Below, piece by piece: positions 61,972 through 64,000 of a DNA stretch of 64,000 bases (its first letter is position 1; every line of letters starts with the position of its first letter). A model generated the notes under the pieces. That model saw nothing but the letters and a program-made list of their open reading frames with translations, searched no databases and was not told where the DNA came from. This DNA is from Amphiscolops sp. MND2022 (Eukaryota): positions 83,578,001 through 83,642,000 of the forward strand of contig OZ076409.1 in NCBI GenBank assembly GCA_964187785.1, in the 5' to 3' direction. Position numbers and translations under genes: made by a program.

Positions 61972-64000
61972 ATTCTTTAAATACAAATCCTACGAACCAT
62001 CTTTTTTGTTATTGAGTCCTCAGGAACGAGCTCTAACGTTCTGATTTGAATTGACAAAACAGACAAAGTCACAGAAAAACGCAACTGAGATTCTGCTCTC
62101 ATATGTAAGAAGTATAAGGAAAAAATCATGAAGCAGACAGACAATTTAGTTTGATTGCGATTTGTACTGGAAAAATAGTTTCTTCGAAGCAATTTCCGGT
62201 TACTAGGGTCTTGTTCGTCCAAGTTTCCGTAAAATGCACATACAAACATGAAAAATGTTGGTATAGGTCAGAAAGATGACCAAACTACTACACTCAATTG
62301 GCAATTATTTCGAACGAAACATTCTGAATTTATACCACGCTGGAAACGTATGGAACCATTTGTTTCACTGTATGGAATCACATGGTGTAATGAATGGAAA
62401 CCTTCGAAAAAGGAGTTCGATCACGTCGGTGGCTCCACATCATAAGATCAAGATGACAACTGTGAAGGTTCGTTGTGGTTCAAGAAAAACAGTTGTTTTT
62501 AATTATTCGTACGTAGTTTTGTTTAGGAGCTAGTTTGCGACGTTGCCCTTCTGAACCTTCACAAAAATTGTCTCTAGGTCTTTCGAGTTCGCAGGATGGA
62601 CTTTGTTCCGAGAGAAGAGTTTAATTTCAAGCAAAAAATTTGTATTAGTCAGAGTATTAAAATCAACAATGTTGGTTTTTACACAGTACGTAAGAGTATA
62701 ATGAAAACATAATTTTACAAGCGTCCAATTTAATATAAATATCCAATCAAGAATATAAAACTCGTTTAACAAATACTAGATACATACAAAAGCGAGTTAA
62801 AATAACATTAATCAGGTAGGTTGTTTTTATTATAATAAAAACTTGCAGTTTTCGTATTCTTTCATGTCCAACAACTTGTTAGGAGTTTGACTTCTGACTT
62901 GGTCAGATTTGGAGCCTTTTTAGACTTTGTGATCTTGCGTACTCGTTTCTCAACAATTTAGTGAGATAAGCCGTGTCTGATAAACAGCAAGGAGGGAGAT
63001 TTGTCAGGAGTTCTAGCACATGGAAAACTGAAGAATTTAGGAAATAAATTAATTTGATGCGACTAGCTGTGGTTAAGTCGGAGACAGAATGGTCTAATGT
63101 CAAGACTTTGAAGAAGTCTTGCAAGTCCAGGTGAACTAGGGATCTGGTTTAACCAGCGTTTAGCTAGGTTCTGTTTAGAAAAGTTTGCCAGAAGGCTCGA
63201 ACTGAAGGTTCGGCTCTTTAGTTTAGGAGTTTGAATTTAAGTAAGTTAGAGTATGTTAATATTGCCACGACCCAATATAATACTGTTGCAATAAGATATA
63301 TCTCGAATTGAGAAATTTATTTTGGAGCGTTTAGCTAAAGATCGATTTTCCTATAAAATTATAGAATAACCTTGTTGGTCAACATTTATTTTTAGGGCGC
63401 TTGAACTGAGGATTTGTTGTTGTCATGAGACAAGAAAAAAAAACATTTCTGGTCTGATATCTTTCATTGTTTTTTTTCTTGGTTAAAGAAAATAAACTAA
63501 CAGGAAATTCGGAGAGAGAGAGGGCCGAGAAAAACTGAGATTTTTTATTTACTCAAAAAGAGCAAGGTATGAAGTCAGAGCTGATAGAGACAGTGAAGAA
63601 GGAGTGACAGAGAGTGGAAGAAAAAACGACGAATTTCGTAGAAATTAGGTTTTTTGTATAAACCTACAGACATGCGAAACCAATCGTATTGATCGATTCA
63701 TATCATTGGGCCCGAATATATATTTGTCGCCATTATTTTGGCCCATAATTGGGAATGGATTAGAAACTAGGTCCGGCCAACTTTAAAACGATTTCATCAA
63801 CTAGCTAAAGTATTAGTGTAACCTAGTTGACTGACGTATTTTTACAATTCTTCTTTGGTTCTTATCGGGGGAATTCGTCCTCTCAAGTGGCGACTATTAA
63901 TCTTTCTTCAAAATAGTTCGTTTTCAATTCAGGGACCTGCAGTCGCAGAAGTGGCTTCGCAAGTTTTCGTTTGAAATATAATCCCTTGCACATGTGGGAA

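Noticed and set aside
62461..64000. Possible further LTR or retroelement remnant
   Set aside because: No recognisable protein motif, partner repeat or terminus within the window

Overview
AT-rich, intron-containing eukaryotic (metazoan invertebrate-like) genomic DNA; there are no prokaryotic features. Three spliced plus-strand genes can be rebuilt exon by exon with consistent phases: a glutaredoxin-DEP-DUF547 protein (6321-8960, 4 exons, 486 aa), mitochondrial NAD-dependent isocitrate dehydrogenase alpha (IDH3A, 9616-16717, 4 exons, 360 aa) and a proteoglycan protein xylosyltransferase (XYLT, 25521-47778, 12 exons, 775 aa). XYLT exons 3-5 lie in a near-identical 3.74 kb tandem duplication whose second exon 3 carries a 1-bp deletion and stop. 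The rest is mobile DNA. It is dominated by at least three families of non-autonomous Helentron/DINE-1-like (HINE) rolling-circle elements with subterminal inverted repeats and a covarying 3' hairpin; one family carries a tRNA-like Pol III module. Also present are a Penelope-like fragment with a minimal hammerhead ribozyme (2 copies), a decayed Tc1/IS630-type transposon, hAT, MULE and piggyBac MITEs with target-site duplications, a LINE 3' end with a (TAG)n tail, two ~2 kb solo-LTR-like repeats with coding-like ends, long fold-back palindromes and satellites. All calls were made by eye from the sequence; no searches were run.
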